Shown here piece after piece: positions 1 through 12,545 of a stretch of DNA of 64,000 bases. Positions within the stretch are counted from its first letter, which is position 1, and each line of letters opens with the position of its first letter. A program made the position numbers and the translations under genes. Under the pieces are notes generated by a model. The model was not told where the DNA came from. It ran no database searches and saw nothing but the letters and a program-made list of their open reading frames with translations. This stretch comes from Lama glama (Eukaryota). The DNA lies in assembly GCA_028534125.1 (NCBI GenBank), contig CM052817.1:33482001-33546000 (forward strand). Direction: 5' to 3'.

Positions 1-254
1 CAGGAAATGATTCAAGGCACAATTCTGCCTTCCAGGCCCAGAGCAATGGTTTCAGCAGTACCGGGATGGCTCCAGGGAAGTCTTCCATATTCACCCTACA
101 CCTGAAGACCCTGGGCAAGTCATCGGGGCGGGGCGGGGGGGCACCGAACATCAAGGTAGGCTCTGGGAACCCTTGTGATCCCACCCCCAGGAGCGAGCTG
201 GGTCTAGGACAGACCTAAACATTTTTCTTGCACACCATAGATGTGGAGTCCTCA

Positions 255-410
255 AGTGACCTTGGGCAAGTCACACAACTCCATGAACCTCATTTTCCAA
301 TGAGAAAAATGAGGATAGTAATACCTACTTCAAAGTTCTTGCCAAGATTAAATGAGCTACTACACGTAAAGCACTTACCACAAAACCTTCTCTAAGTATT
401 ATGTATAATT

Positions 411-466
<56 letters not shown>

Positions 467-510
467 GCTTTTAGCACAGAGCCCGGCATGTAGCACTCAC
501 TCAGTATTAA
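255..510 (+). mobile_element. MIR SINE interrupted by an (ATT)n tract
   Basis: Core gtgaccttgggcaagtcac...attaaatgag...gtaaagcactta; the tail ttagcacagagcccggcatgtag resumes after the microsatellite. Confidence 0.75.
413..465 (+). repeat. (ATT)n microsatellite, about 17 perfect units
   Basis: Read directly from the sequence. Confidence 0.98.
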
Positions 511-649
511 CCTTTACGACTTAGGCCTACTGTACACCTGGAAGTCAGGCGAGCTTGTAAAGCCCTGAGATGCTAGGATTCATCCACAGGTTTCATACTG
601 TCATTAGAAAGAAACAGGGAAAAACAAAGGCTCCTATTTTCAAAAGGAA

Positions 650-725
650 TAATCAACATTTATTAAGCACCTACTGCTTGCCAGGTACCGAGCAAGGCGC
701 TGAAGATACGATGGTGAATTAAAGA
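650..725 (-). mobile_element. L2 LINE 3' end fragment
   Basis: caacatttattaagcacctact...ccagg is the reverse complement of the L2 3' tail. Confidence 0.7.
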
Positions 726-1939
726 AAGCTTGCTGCTTTCTTAGTGGTTCTTAGTAATTGCAAGGTCACACACCCCCTCTGAAAACTGAACTAATTACAT
801 TGATCCTTTAATGGTGAGACGAAGAAGGTGTTTCTTGGCAATGTTTTCCCTTGATCCTGGTTCCTTGGTAAATAGTTGAATCACAACAATACCCAGACAG
901 TCACCTGGGAGGGCGCTGTGAACTTCATCTGGCTTGGCCACCACGCCCACCTCCCCGCAGGCGGTCACCTAGCCCCAAGCAAACGCTTTGATAAAGGCGG
1001 GTGTGTGTGAGACCTACAGAGAATCACAATTAGATTTCCACAGGATGAATGGAAAGATAAGAACTATGCACTGTGCTCCTTGTTTGCTTAAAAAAAAAAA
1101 GTGCCCAAGATAGCTGCAGAGAGACAGGGGATCTCTCCTGGAACTCCTTTTTTGATTATAAAACTCAGTTTTCTTATCGAGCCAATTCCAAAGTCACCCT
1201 TATGGCCATCATCTCTGGAATTTCACCCCTGCCTGCCTTTGGCCCTTGCTCTTCATCACTTTTCCAGCTCCCTCTGGCTCAGGGAGATGGCAGCACCAGG
1301 CTGTGTCAGGGGTGGGAGGGGCATCTCTCCTGGTCCAGGCCCAGGTCATCAGAGTTCTAAGCCTGAGACAGTCACCCTTGGCCCCGTGCACTGAGCCAGC
1401 TTGTTTGACTTGAAGACGGATCACAGGCTGGCCAAGCAGACAAAGCTCTGAACCATCTCCCCTGACCCTCCAGGCCCCTCACAACCTAACACCACCCAGC
1501 CTGTCTCCAAACACTTGCCACCCTCCCCCTACCCTCCCCATGCTTTCATCCCTCCTTGCCTTTGCCTGCGGTGTTCCCACTATCAGAAAAGACCTGCTCC
1601 TTCCTTCAAACTTTTGTATCTGCTCATCTCTCCAGACCAAACTGGATCCTTGTCTTTTTCTTGAGGCACTCCTTTCAATGTCTGTCCTTTCCTCTCCGCG
1701 GGGCCCCAGGGCACTGCCCCTAGTAAGGTCCTGCACACAGCGTGTCTCCCCACGATGTAAGTTCCTGGATGGCTGCAGGCGGGCTTGATTGATTTTTGTA
1801 ATTTCTGGTCCGTGGGAGGCTCTCAATAAATGGAAGATGAATGGCTAACTGACTGAATAAAGAAATGACCTCATTCTCAATTTGTTAACAAAAGTGACTC
1901 TTCTGTAGGGTCACAGAAAGACATTAGAGATCATTTTCC

Positions 1940-2135
1940 CCAGCCCAGTTCTACTTCTTACTAGTTGTGTGGCCTTGGGTAAGTTACTTAACCTCTCTGT
2001 ACCTCAGCTCCTTCATGTGTAAAATGCACATAACAGAATAATAGATCTGTTTCTAAGGGTGGCCAGTGAGCATAAGACGTTAGCATACATAAGGTACATA
2101 AAACACGCCTGGTGCAAAGGAAGTGCTCAGTGAAT
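1940..2135 (+). mobile_element. MIR SINE
   Basis: tgtgtggccttgggtaagttacttaacctctctgtacctcag...tgtaaaatg. Confidence 0.8.
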
Positions 2136-3879
2136 GCTGGAGTTTATCACTGTCAGTGCAGTGACACCCTGAACGCCTGGCCCATTTCCCCACCACCCGC
2201 ATACATCCATTCCCACTGCAGTGAGGTTGGCTGCAAATAGTCCCACCCACACCCTCCCTTTGGAGACTTGTCCTCAGCCTCACGCACACAGATCGTTTCC
2301 CTCCGGGTACCCTGTGCCGAGCTGCCCTGCGCTGCTCATATTCAATGCCTGGCTGCCAGGGGCTACAAAGGCCCCCACCTCAAGGTGCAGTCCGTGCTCC
2401 AGAGCCCCGTGGGAGCAGACTGAGCTGGAGTCCATCCGGGCTTACTCCCCTTCCCCGTCCTGCCTCCTCGCCCCCTTCTCCCGAGGGCGCCCCCATCACT
2501 CTCTCACACCAGAATCTCCGTCTCAGTCTCCATTTCTAGGGACTCTGATCTACCCAGGCATCGTCACCACTAGTATCATCAGAGAGGGGGGACACACGCA
2601 GAGTGGTGGCCTGACTGATCCAAGGTTCAGAACAGAACCAGCTGGAGGTCAGGCAGTGACCAGGAGTTAGTTATTTTAGAGGAGTGCAGGTTTCTGAATC
2701 TCCGAGGAACTTTTGGCAAGAAACAACTGAATGAATTAACTAACAATCAACTAGAAAAATAACAAAAAGCCAGCAGTACCTGAGGTAGGTGCAGAAAGTC
2801 ACAACCTTTGGGGTGATGAGAGAGGACAGAGAAGCCTCTGCTGAGACCAGATATCCTGGGGTGGGAGCCGAAGGAAGCAGGCAACAGGAGCCCTTCAGGT
2901 CAGCACAGTGACTGAGGGCGGCAAAATGGGAGCAAGATCGTGTTCCTACTTGGCTTGGCCTTACTGCAGACCCACCTGTGCAGAGTATCTTTCCCCACAA
3001 CAATTTCGATCCCATGAGCCCGTGATCACGCGAGCCCGCAAGCACGCGTCCATGCCCTCCCCGGCCCAGCTGGAAGTCATCTCCCCGTGATGACCCCTTG
3101 GCAGCTGTCCAGTTCAACCTATCACACTAGACCATGAGGTCTGTGAGAGCAGAATTCAGGACGTGGCTCTTTGCCCTACCCCCCAGGGGAAGTGCGGTGA
3201 GGGGGAATAAGGGAAGAAGTCGCAGACACTTGCTGTTGGGCAGCTGTGAGGTATAGGGGTCTAATGATAATTCACGCTTTTCCTTGTGAACGAGGACTGG
3301 GAGCAGTCCTTTGTCATCGTGGTCACCCCGCAGCTACAACTAAGGAAGCCAGATCCACATCCAAGTCTGAGCTAAAAAATAAAAGACCAGAGAAAGACAA
3401 ATAAGCTCCAGATGAGGAGTTTCAAGACATTTGATGTAATTAGATGGATATTTTGATGGGAAAAGGGGCTGGCAAAGCTTTGCAGGGACACACTCCAGGT
3501 GCAGGAGTTTGGATTTTTTAATATGAAAGGATTTTATTTTCTAATTACAAAACTAACGTATAGCTGTAAAAAAAATCAAAGAAGACAGAGTGTATAAAGC
3601 AGACAATTTTAGTGCCTAGTTCCCTCCCACTCTCGGCAATACCTACTAAGAGTTTGACTGTTCTTCCAGACATTTTTTTAATAGACATATTAGATGGACA
3701 GATAGATAAAATACATAGAGATCTCCAACTTTTCCCCTGTTCTTTTTTCTTCCTCCAGGTATTTCTCCAGTTAGTACGTCATTCTGTTTAATATCTGAAA
3801 AGTCTATGTAATCATTCAATAAATATTTATTGTGTACCTACTATGCACCAGTTAATGTGCTAGATGTTGGAGAGAAAGC

Positions 3880-4560
3880 AGTTCTGTATTAGTGGACTTT
3901 AAGTTTCCTTTTTTTTTCTTTCCTATAGCAAGTCAAACTATAATAACATAATACTAATCTTTTATGTAAAATATAACCTTTTTACATGTATCTTCGGGTC
4001 CTTCTTCAAGAATTTCTATAGGAAGTTCTATAGGAATTTGATGGATCAAAGCAAAAGCATGTTACAAATTTGAAAGTTATTGCCAAATCACTCTCCAAGA
4101 AAAGGTCATGACAATTTCTTTTTCTACCAGCAATGTACGAGATACATATTTACCCACATCTCAGTCAACAATAAACATCATTCTCTTTATTCTTTGCCAA
4201 TCTAGCAGATAAAAACTTGTGTTTTTTGAATGTTCATTTTAAAATGACTTTCATGATTGGCATTTTTAATGTGTTCAATAACCACCTGGATTTCTAATTT
4301 AGTTAACTGATTGTTACATAACTTTCTACCTTAAAAAAAAATTAGCTTCTCATTGATTTGTTGGAAGTCTATATATTGTAATGGATCTTAAATCCTTTGT
4401 CATGTATGTTGCAAGTATTTTCCCCAATTCGATTATTTTGCAACTTTCTTTATGAGTAGGCTTTCTTGAAGAGAAATATAAATTTTTATACTGTCAAATT
4501 TTATCTATCTTATCTTTTATGGTTTTTAATTTTATATCATGCTGGAAAGACTTCTTATTC
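3880..4560 (-). mobile_element. Ancient L1 (L1M-type) fragment, preceded by an L2 tail at ~3812-3880
   Basis: Degenerate antisense L1 ORF2 3' motifs (ttgccaaat..tctccaa, ccagcaatgta, cattgatttgt, tatgttgcaagtatttt). cattcaataaatatttattgtgtacctactatg lies just upstream. Confidence 0.6.
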
Positions 4561-5504
4561 ATAGCTCAACAGGTCAGTCAATAGTTTTGATTTGCAGGCA
4601 TTGATTCTAGACTATGTGAAGCTTTATATTGCATTTTGGGGGGTATATAAATACTTTTACAAGGCAAGTTATTTTTAAACTCCTGTAACTACAATTTACT
4701 ACTGGCCTAAATAATTTCTTTTAATTATAGAAACAAGAATGCAAAGAACCACATTAAATTTTAAAAATATCTAATAAATTGTTTTTGAATATGCATTTTT
4801 CCAATTACAAAAGAGACACATATTTATTATAATTGGAGGGAGGGATTCCATAACAGCACAGGGAACAAACGCTTCCCACAAAATTACATTTCCCCAAATA
4901 ACCACAGTTTATATTTCACTATTTTTCTTTCTGTCTTTTTTCTAGTCTTGTGCACTCATAAAAAAAAAAATTTTAACAAAGCTAGGTTCATAGTCTGCTA
5001 GAACAAGTTTTCTTTTTTTTTTTTTTCATGTAATACCAGATTGTGAATTTGGGGGAGGGCTGAGTAGCTATTGAGCACTCCATTACAAAGCCTGTAATTG
5101 ATTAGTCAGTCAGTGTCTGTTTCCTAAGGAACGATCTCCCCCCACCAAAATCTCTTTATCCCTTGATCTTTTATCATCTTGTCCTTTTTTTTTTTCCCTG
5201 TAGCTCCTCCTGTAGGTAATCGTGGAGCTGTGTTATCTTGGGAAAGTCCATTCCCCTTTCCCCACTTTTCCAGGCCTTCCTTGAGGACCGTTTTATCGAC
5301 ACTTCTGGGTGCTGTTTCAATGGAATGCAGAGACAAGTGTTTACTGTGTGCTCCTCGAAGCTGTGTGTAAATCCAGCTCTGTCCTGTTTGCTTCTGGACA
5401 TCATCTCGTCACATTTCAGAGAGACTCGTCTGCTTCTGATGGATCTCTAGCTTCTCAGGAGTGCCTCCCACTATGTTGGGTCTGGATTTCTGTCACATTC
5501 ACAG

Positions 5505-5518
5505 CCGCCCTCTAGTTT
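5505..5518 (-). promoter_or_regulatory. Second, weaker CTCF-like motif AAACTAGAGGGCGG
   Basis: Shares CTAGAGGGCG with the 5603 motif in the opposite orientation; the two 5' core positions mismatch. Confidence 0.45.
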
Positions 5519-5602
5519 CTGGCAAATATCACATTACTCACTGAGCCCGGACAGCCAGATCAGCGGAACTGCGCCTGGTGGTCAGCCGAACCACAGATGC
5601 TG

Positions 5603-5616
5603 CAGCTAGAGGGCGC
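5603..5616 (+). promoter_or_regulatory. CTCF motif CAGCTAGAGGGCGC, candidate insulator
   Basis: Close match to the CTCF core CCRSYAGRKGGCRS (mismatch at position 2), with a retained CpG, in unique sequence. Confidence 0.75.
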
Positions 5617-5849
5617 TCACAGCCTCTCAATCCTGAGGAGTTAGGCGATTGGAAAGATGTTTTCCATTAGTGCCCAAACTTACAGTCTTGGGGGAAGGGA
5701 GAGCAATATACTTGGTCATAAAATAACTGGTAAGAACTTGTAACATATTCACTTTCCAAATAAAACCAACATATGATGAGAATAGCATGTCAGATGCTGT
5801 TCTAAGCCCTCACCTCTTCCCCCAACACTCCTAAGAGACAGGTACAGAC

Positions 5850-5965
5850 CAATCAAACCCTCCCTCTCCAGAAGAGGCACTAAGAGATTTAGTAATTTTC
5901 CCAAGGTCACGGGAGTAGAGGTGGAAGTCAAACGCAGGCAGCTAGCTCCAAAGCCCACACTTAAT
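5850..5965 (-). mobile_element. MIR SINE
   Basis: gaggcactaagagatttagtaattttcccaaggtcac. Confidence 0.65.
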
Positions 5966-6204
5966 CACCATGAACTGGCTCCAAAACCTTTTTTTTAAAA
6001 AGACATTTGAGGATGGACATCAAATTAACATTGCTTATCCCTGGGGAGCAAGAAATATTAGGAAACTACATTATTTACTTTCCACACAAAGCTCTGCATT
6101 GTTGAAAATTATTTCCCATGCATAAACTGTTATGGTTACCTATAAAATTCAATGACTTTTATAAGAATAATATAAGAGAGAATAAGAAATTGCTCAACTG
6201 TAGT

Positions 6205-7491
6205 CAAGGGCCAATTCAGATTACACAGGTCTTGAAGTTTATACATGAGGAGGGGGTGTTTCTTTAAGAAAAAACTCAAACCAGGAATACAAAATTAGGT
6301 ATGAAAGTAAAATAAATTTTGATTGAAAAAAGAAATCACAACAAATTACAAATTTTTAGAAGATGACAAATAAGGCAAATATAAAAAAGTGAAAAATTAT
6401 GTAGTATACCTCTATTATACTTTTTCCTATTTTTTGTTGTATATTCTTTGTGTGATCATCTCTGTAAATGACAATAATTCTGCACTGTCATTGTCACGAA
6501 GAGAAGAGAAAACAATTCAAATGCACTTTGAAATGCCATTATATTGGACTGAGCTACATAACTGTTTAATCAAATTAGCTTTAAACCATATGTGATAACT
6601 TACAGATGAATATGCATGGGAGTTTTGTCACAGGAACACTTAGGTTGCTCTGCTATGATTTTGAAGATTTTGAATGTCTTTTTTTTTTCTAGAATTGCCA
6701 GACGCCGACAGGATAAGGTGTCTCAGATATGCTAAGACTGGTCCAGTGGGAATCAGTTGGGGTCCCCGTCAGTTTTTATGCGAGGAGGCATAAAAATGCT
6801 CCTTCACAGTTTATAGTATTGCTACAGATTTGTGCCCTACTAACATAGGAAGTCTGGTCAGTTCTATCTGGCACTGATCCTCATTTTAAAAGCATAGTAG
6901 TATGGTGTGTTATAATTGTATCCACTGCCCTCCTGAGTATTTTCTTGAAGGTAATTTCTGTCTTGAGTAGACATCAATGAGAACCAAATATTCCAAGTAT
7001 AATTTTGTACATCTGAGGATTCACAGAACATTCCTCACACTAGCTTCTATTTCTGCACATTTTGACTCTCTTCTCTTCCAGTGTCAGGGGCAGTGGGATA
7101 TACTGATATTGTAATAGGACCCGTGATGCCAGATGGGTTTGTACCAAGGACATCAGGCATATTCCCGGAAGCCGTTTCTACCCGAGAGAAGCTAATGTGG
7201 AAGTAAGTGTGAACCACATGAATAGATCCCTTGAACCCCAAATAAGTCTCCAACTCAGCTTCTCCTTAGCTGGAGTCCCTACCATGCTCAGGGCCTCTCC
7301 ACTGACACACAACTCCTCAAGGGAAAACTGATGGAGGGGGAAGAAGACAATATCCTTAGCCCACTGCAGTTAAAATATCTTACATTTGCAATTTTATCAA
7401 AAGCATATGACCACATGAAACCATGCAAGGACCGCATTATTAGAAGTTCTAAAGCCTAAGCCTCTTTTATTTCAGAGTAAATCCTGCCCTG
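6205..7491. mobile_element. hAT-Tip100 DNA transposon fossil (Arthur1-like) with 8-bp target-site duplication
   Basis: Ends CAAGGGCCAATTCAG... and ...GTAAATCCTGCCCTG. Flanks are actgtagt (6197-6204) and actgtggt (7492-7499). The internal gaatacaaaattaggtatgaaagt...aagaaatcacaacaaattacaaatttt resembles Arthur1. Confidence 0.7.
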
Positions 7492-10400
7492 ACTGTGGTG
7501 AAGATGGTCATTGCAACCTGACCTGAGATCGTGGATAAATCAGTGTGGACCAGAGCTGTCAAAAAAAATCTCATGTTGGAAAAAGGCCCTGAGCTAGACC
7601 TTGGACCTTTGGTAGGATTCACCAGACAGAATCTAGAGTAGGAAGAGCCGAAGCCACAAATTTCTTCAGTCTGCCCAAAGTTGACACACATATATATGGA
7701 TGTGCTCTCCTGCCAATGAAAACATTTTTTTTATAACTGGCTGAGAGCTACCTCCTAAGAGCCAATGGCAATACATTTCCACATCACTAAAGAATGAGAC
7801 TTGAATTTTCTTCCCAGCCCCCTCTCTCCATCCCAACCAGTAAATAATCTCTCCCAAGCCGGGATCAACCAAAGCTTCAGCATTTGGCCCACATGTGTCC
7901 ACCATCCACCTCGCTCCAATACAGGGACCCAAGAATGCTGGGTTTACACTCCAGACAGAGGGGAGGGGAGGAAAGAGGACCTGGCCGGAGACAGTTTTTT
8001 GGGAAGACTTAGGAAGCAAAGCCTGCTGAATGCCTGTTCAGTCAGTGTGAGGAAAGCAGGCCCAGACCCAACTCTCATTTCCCTTTCTTTCCAATATTTT
8101 CTGTACCACTATCTTGCTGGAGCAACAGGCAACATTTCCTGCCAGCGGCAGCATCCAGCCAGCCACTTGGAAGCCTGGGAGTTGATCTTGGCCCGGTCTT
8201 CTGCCTGTGTCTTTAACATGCTGGGTTTAATCCTCAGTCTTGCTCCTCCTGGTCCCAAATTCCACTCTGAAATATCAGAGAAAAGCTCCCAGGGGCCCTT
8301 GAGTATGAAGAGTCTTCATACTTTCAGGCGCTCTGGACTCAGACAGCAACACCCACAACCATCTGCAGTGAGGTCTGCCCAGTGCAGCACCAAGACACAC
8401 ACATCATTTAGTCCACAAACACCTGTTCAGCACCCGCTGTGTGCCCGGTTCTCTCTTAGGAGTTACAGTAACAGAGTAGCCGAGGGTTTCCAAATGCCCC
8501 TGTCCTTCCAGATCATAAATGCGATTATCCTCTTTTGGTTTCCCACGAGCTGAGGTCTAGTCAATTTGCAGTTTATCCTTTGCCCAAATACCACATCACT
8601 CTAGAATTCAGCTGGGTTCGTTCCTGGGTCAGCCCAGCGCTGTGCACAGGTGATGCTTTACTTGTACGAAAGCAGCCACACCGCTGATCCGCTGCCTCAG
8701 GGTAGGGCCTGGGGGAGCCTCTGAACATGGGCACGTAGAAAGAGAGAAGGTTAAGGAACAATGATCAAGTGCCAGGTTAAACTCATTTCAGGGTATGGTT
8801 TCAGGTATGAATCTAAAGTGCTTTTTCTCTAATTTTAGTCTTTGTATACAAAATCATTTATTGAATAATTCTCTCTTTCCCTTTGTGATGTTCACATAAT
8901 CTTTTATTCAATTATCATATATTTTTAGATCCATGGCCAGCTCTCTAGCCAGTTTCACTGACCTGCATCTTCACTGCGCTAAAAATCACACTGCTTGAAC
9001 ATGCACGGCTAGGTCCTTATCTCCAAAATCCCACCTCCTTCCCCTTGACCCCTTTCCACCTCCTCTGCCCCTTTTTCCATGAGGAGATAAGAAAAAAAGA
9101 CACAATCTCTGTCTTTCCTTGAGGAGTTTGCATGCTATGTAGGAAAATAATTCTTATGCCCTTGGAATAAGGTAATATGCACAGCCAGTGCTCAAGATGG
9201 CTCGTTGAAATAATAAGTTCAAATACGATGGAAAGGTATTACCAACTAGCCTGTCTATTAACTACTCACTACTCTATAAAAATGGTTCCAATTACCCACC
9301 CCTAACACACACACATACACACACATGAATCTCCATTATTGCTTAACCTTGCTCTTGTTTTTCAGATTGACTTGATTCAAATTGTGTACAAGTAAAACTC
9401 ACTGGGGTGACCTCTCCCAAGCTACTTAGAAATGAAGAGCCAGTCATTTGAATCATTGTTTTCGTTTTATTTTGGAGGGAAGAAAAATAAGGTGGGGCAG
9501 GAATATCGCCATAGAAACAGTTTGCAGAAATTTGCAGCCATGGAGTGGGAAACAATTGGAATTTAGGGACTATTCTCCCATTGGCACTTAGCTGGTTCAG
9601 AAGCACAAGAGTGCATTCTGTATTATCATGTCACTTATGCGCTTACTATATCTGGCATTTCCAGAGATATAAAGGTTTGACTTAAGAAGACAAGATTTCT
9701 GATTTCTCTCACTCTTATGCGAATCAGGAGGTAAGTTAGGCATGAAAAAAATAGGTTTTTTTCCAATCAAATTTTTCAGATTTTAAAAACTCTAAAATTA
9801 AGATGTTTCCCCATGACCCAAGGTTAATTCTGGGCCTCTAGAATTTTTAGCAAGAATACTTAGCTCTTATCGGTTGTGATACAAACTGATCTGTCTCCGG
9901 ATCTAGCCCATTCACACCACCCTTCAGGGTGGAGCCTGCCTGGACTCCGGAGCTGCTGCGTGCAGGGAGAGGGTCTCCGGAGTTCTCAAAGTCCTGGATA
10001 ACTCCTCAAGCTAAGGTGTGCAGTGGGTACCAATGGTACCTGCCCTCCACCAGGGTGTCTTGAACATGAGGATGCATCAGAATCATCTACTGAGTCAGGC
10101 TGCTGCATGGAGGGGAGCCCACACAGGCAAACTTCCAATAGAGAGACCAGTGTCCCCAGTCTAAGGAGCCCCAGCTAGACTTGAGGCTCCAGCAAGATCA
10201 GAGGTGATCTTTATTCAGTCTGTGCCTGGAGCTTGGCACAGTGCCACACATATAGTAAGCACTTAATACATATTTACCAAATTGATCATAATTAGTACTA
10301 AGTTCCACTTGGATTAAAAATCATTAATACTTTTTAACAGAAACGAAATCATTGAAATAGCTTCCAAATGCTGTCAAACCAAGAAAAGGATATTCTTAAC

Positions 10401-11044
10401 TTGATTTTAAAGAAAATACTTTAAAAGTTTTCACAATTATCATTGCTACAAATTTAGTTGGTGTCAGGAATCTCTAAAAATAAGATTCTTCCATGATGGC
10501 TAAAGTGAAAACACATCACTGTTTCATAAAAGGCAGAGGCAGCAGGGAAAAAAATTTCAGACAATAAAGAGTCAGTTTTTATGATACAGAATCCTTAAAA
10601 GTAAAATCCGTCTTGAGATTTAAGCACCTGTAGTTCTTCCTTGTCTTGTTATCTTCCTCCCACACCCCCCTACCCCCGCCTCTTTCTCTTTTTTGGCTTC
10701 TGTTCTTTCTACCTGTTTCTCTCTGGCACCCTCTGTAGCTGACACTCTCTTTCATCTTCTTGGGAGCCATTAATAAATGATTTGAGTGCTCTGAGTGGGT
10801 GGTAAGGACTGAGGCTAAGACTGTTGAAAGAGCAGATAGAACAAATCCAGGGCGACTTCTGAAGGGTCTAGAACTTCAGGATGAGTTGGCTTTAGCTTTG
10901 CACAGAGTAGCTGAGAAAACATCTTCAGACAGCAAATTGTAAACACTTAAGCGCCCTTAGGAAGCTTGCTGTTTAAATAGGAATTCTCTACTAGATTCAG
11001 TCCAGTTCAACAAAGATTCATGGACATAGCCGTGATGGGTGAGG

Positions 11045-11225
11045 ACAGAACCTGCAGTCAGACTACCTGGTTTCAAATATCAGCTCCAAAAGTTCCTGCC
11101 GGTTTGACCTTGGGCAACTTTCCCCTCTTCCGCACTTCAGTTTTCTCATCTGGAAAATGGGGACAACAATAGAGTTGATGTGAAATTTAAACCAGGGTCT
11201 GGTGACCTATAAATGTTTTTGTATC
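11045..11225 (+). mobile_element. MIR SINE
   Basis: tgaccttgggcaac...tcagttttctcatctggaaaatggggacaacaatag. Confidence 0.7.
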
Positions 11226-11250
11226 ACTGCTCTTCTTTTCAAGTAAATGA

Positions 11251-12183
11251 GCAGAAGACCTAAATAGACATTTCCCCAAAGAAGACATACAGGTAGCCAA
11301 TAGGCACATGAAAAGATGTGCAGCATCGCTAATTATCAGAGAAATGCAAATCAAAACTACAATGAGGCACCACCTCACACCAGTCAGAATGACTATCATT
11401 CAAAAGTCTACAAATAACAAATGATGGAGAGGGTGTGGAGAAAAAGGAACCCTCCTACACTGTTGGCAAAAATGTAAATTGGTGCAGCCAATATGGAAAA
11501 CAGTATGAAGTTTCCTTAAAAAGCTAAAAATAGAGTTACCATATGATCCAGCAATCCCACTCCTGGGCATATATCCAGAGAAAACTCTAATTGAAAAAGA
11601 TACATACACCCAAATGTTCATAGCAGCACTATTTACAACAGCGAAGACATAGAAACAACCTAAATGTTCATCGACAGATGACTGGATAAAGAAGTTGTGG
11701 TATATTTATACAATGGAATACTACTCTGCCATAAAAAGAATAAAATAATACCATTTGCAGCAACATGGATAGACCTAGAGATTATCATACTAAGTGAAGT
11801 AAGTCAGACAGATAAAAACAAATACCATATGATATTACTTATATGTGGAATCTAAAAAATGACAAAAATGGACTTATTAACAGAAACAGAAACAGACTTG
11901 TAGACATTGAAAACAAACTTATGATTACTAAAGGGGAAAGGGGAGAGGGAAGGGATAAATTAAGTTTGGGATTAGCAGATACAAACTACTGTATACAAAA
12001 TAGATAAGCAGCAAGGTCCTACTATATAGACCAGGGAATTATACAATATCCTGTGATAAACCATAATAGAAAAGAATATGTATATATATGTATAACTGAA
12101 TCACTCTGCTGTACACCAGAATCCAACACAATGTTGTAAATCAACTATACTTCAATTTAAAAAATAATAATAAAATTTAAAAG
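11251..12183 (+). mobile_element. 5'-truncated L1: ORF2 C-terminal region, 3' UTR and A-rich tail
   Basis: Typical ORF2 end (gaagacctaaatagacatttc...gcaatcccactcctgggcatatatcc...caatggaatactactc), with disabling changes. Candidate TSD agtaaatga at 11242-11250 and 12184-12192. Confidence 0.95.
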
Positions 12184-12319
12184 AGTAAATGAAAACAAGA
12201 GCTCATAATTTAGTTGGGGGCAGTGAGCAGTACAATATAAACAACTCATACTAATTTTTCTTTCCTATAAATCTGATTAATTTTTTTTTTAAAACAGGAC
12301 ATAGCTTACATATAGGCAT

Positions 12320-12545
12320 GTAATGGAAGAAAGGCTTACTGAGGCACTCTGCCAAGTCCTTTGTGTAATTATGTTAATCAATCCTCACAGAACCCTATGA
12401 GATAGATCTCAGATAGATCTCATTATCCCTGTTTTGCAGATGGGGAAACTAAGGCTGAGAGAGGTTAATTAACTTGTCCAAGATCCCACAGCTGGGAAAT
12501 GGCCAAGCAAAGATTTGAGCTCAAAGTCCCATTCCAATTCCTAAG
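12320..12545 (-). mobile_element. MIR SINE with an internal 11-bp tandem duplication (agatagatctc x2, 12400-12421)
   Basis: aatcctcacagaaccctatgag...cagatggggaaactaaggctgagagaggttaattaacttgtccaag. Confidence 0.85.

Noticed and set aside
903..916. CTCF-like ACCTGGGAGGGCGC (and CCACCAAATAGCAT on the minus strand near 29250)
   Set aside because: Mismatches at high-information core positions.
7801..8553. Longest ORF in the track (250 aa)
   Set aside because: It starts at TTG, has S/P/L-rich composition, shows no recognisable domain and has no supporting exon structure. Likely a chance ORF.
11187..11621. Two minus-strand ORFs resembling database 'hypothetical proteins'
   Set aside because: They are antisense translations of L1 ORF2 sequence.
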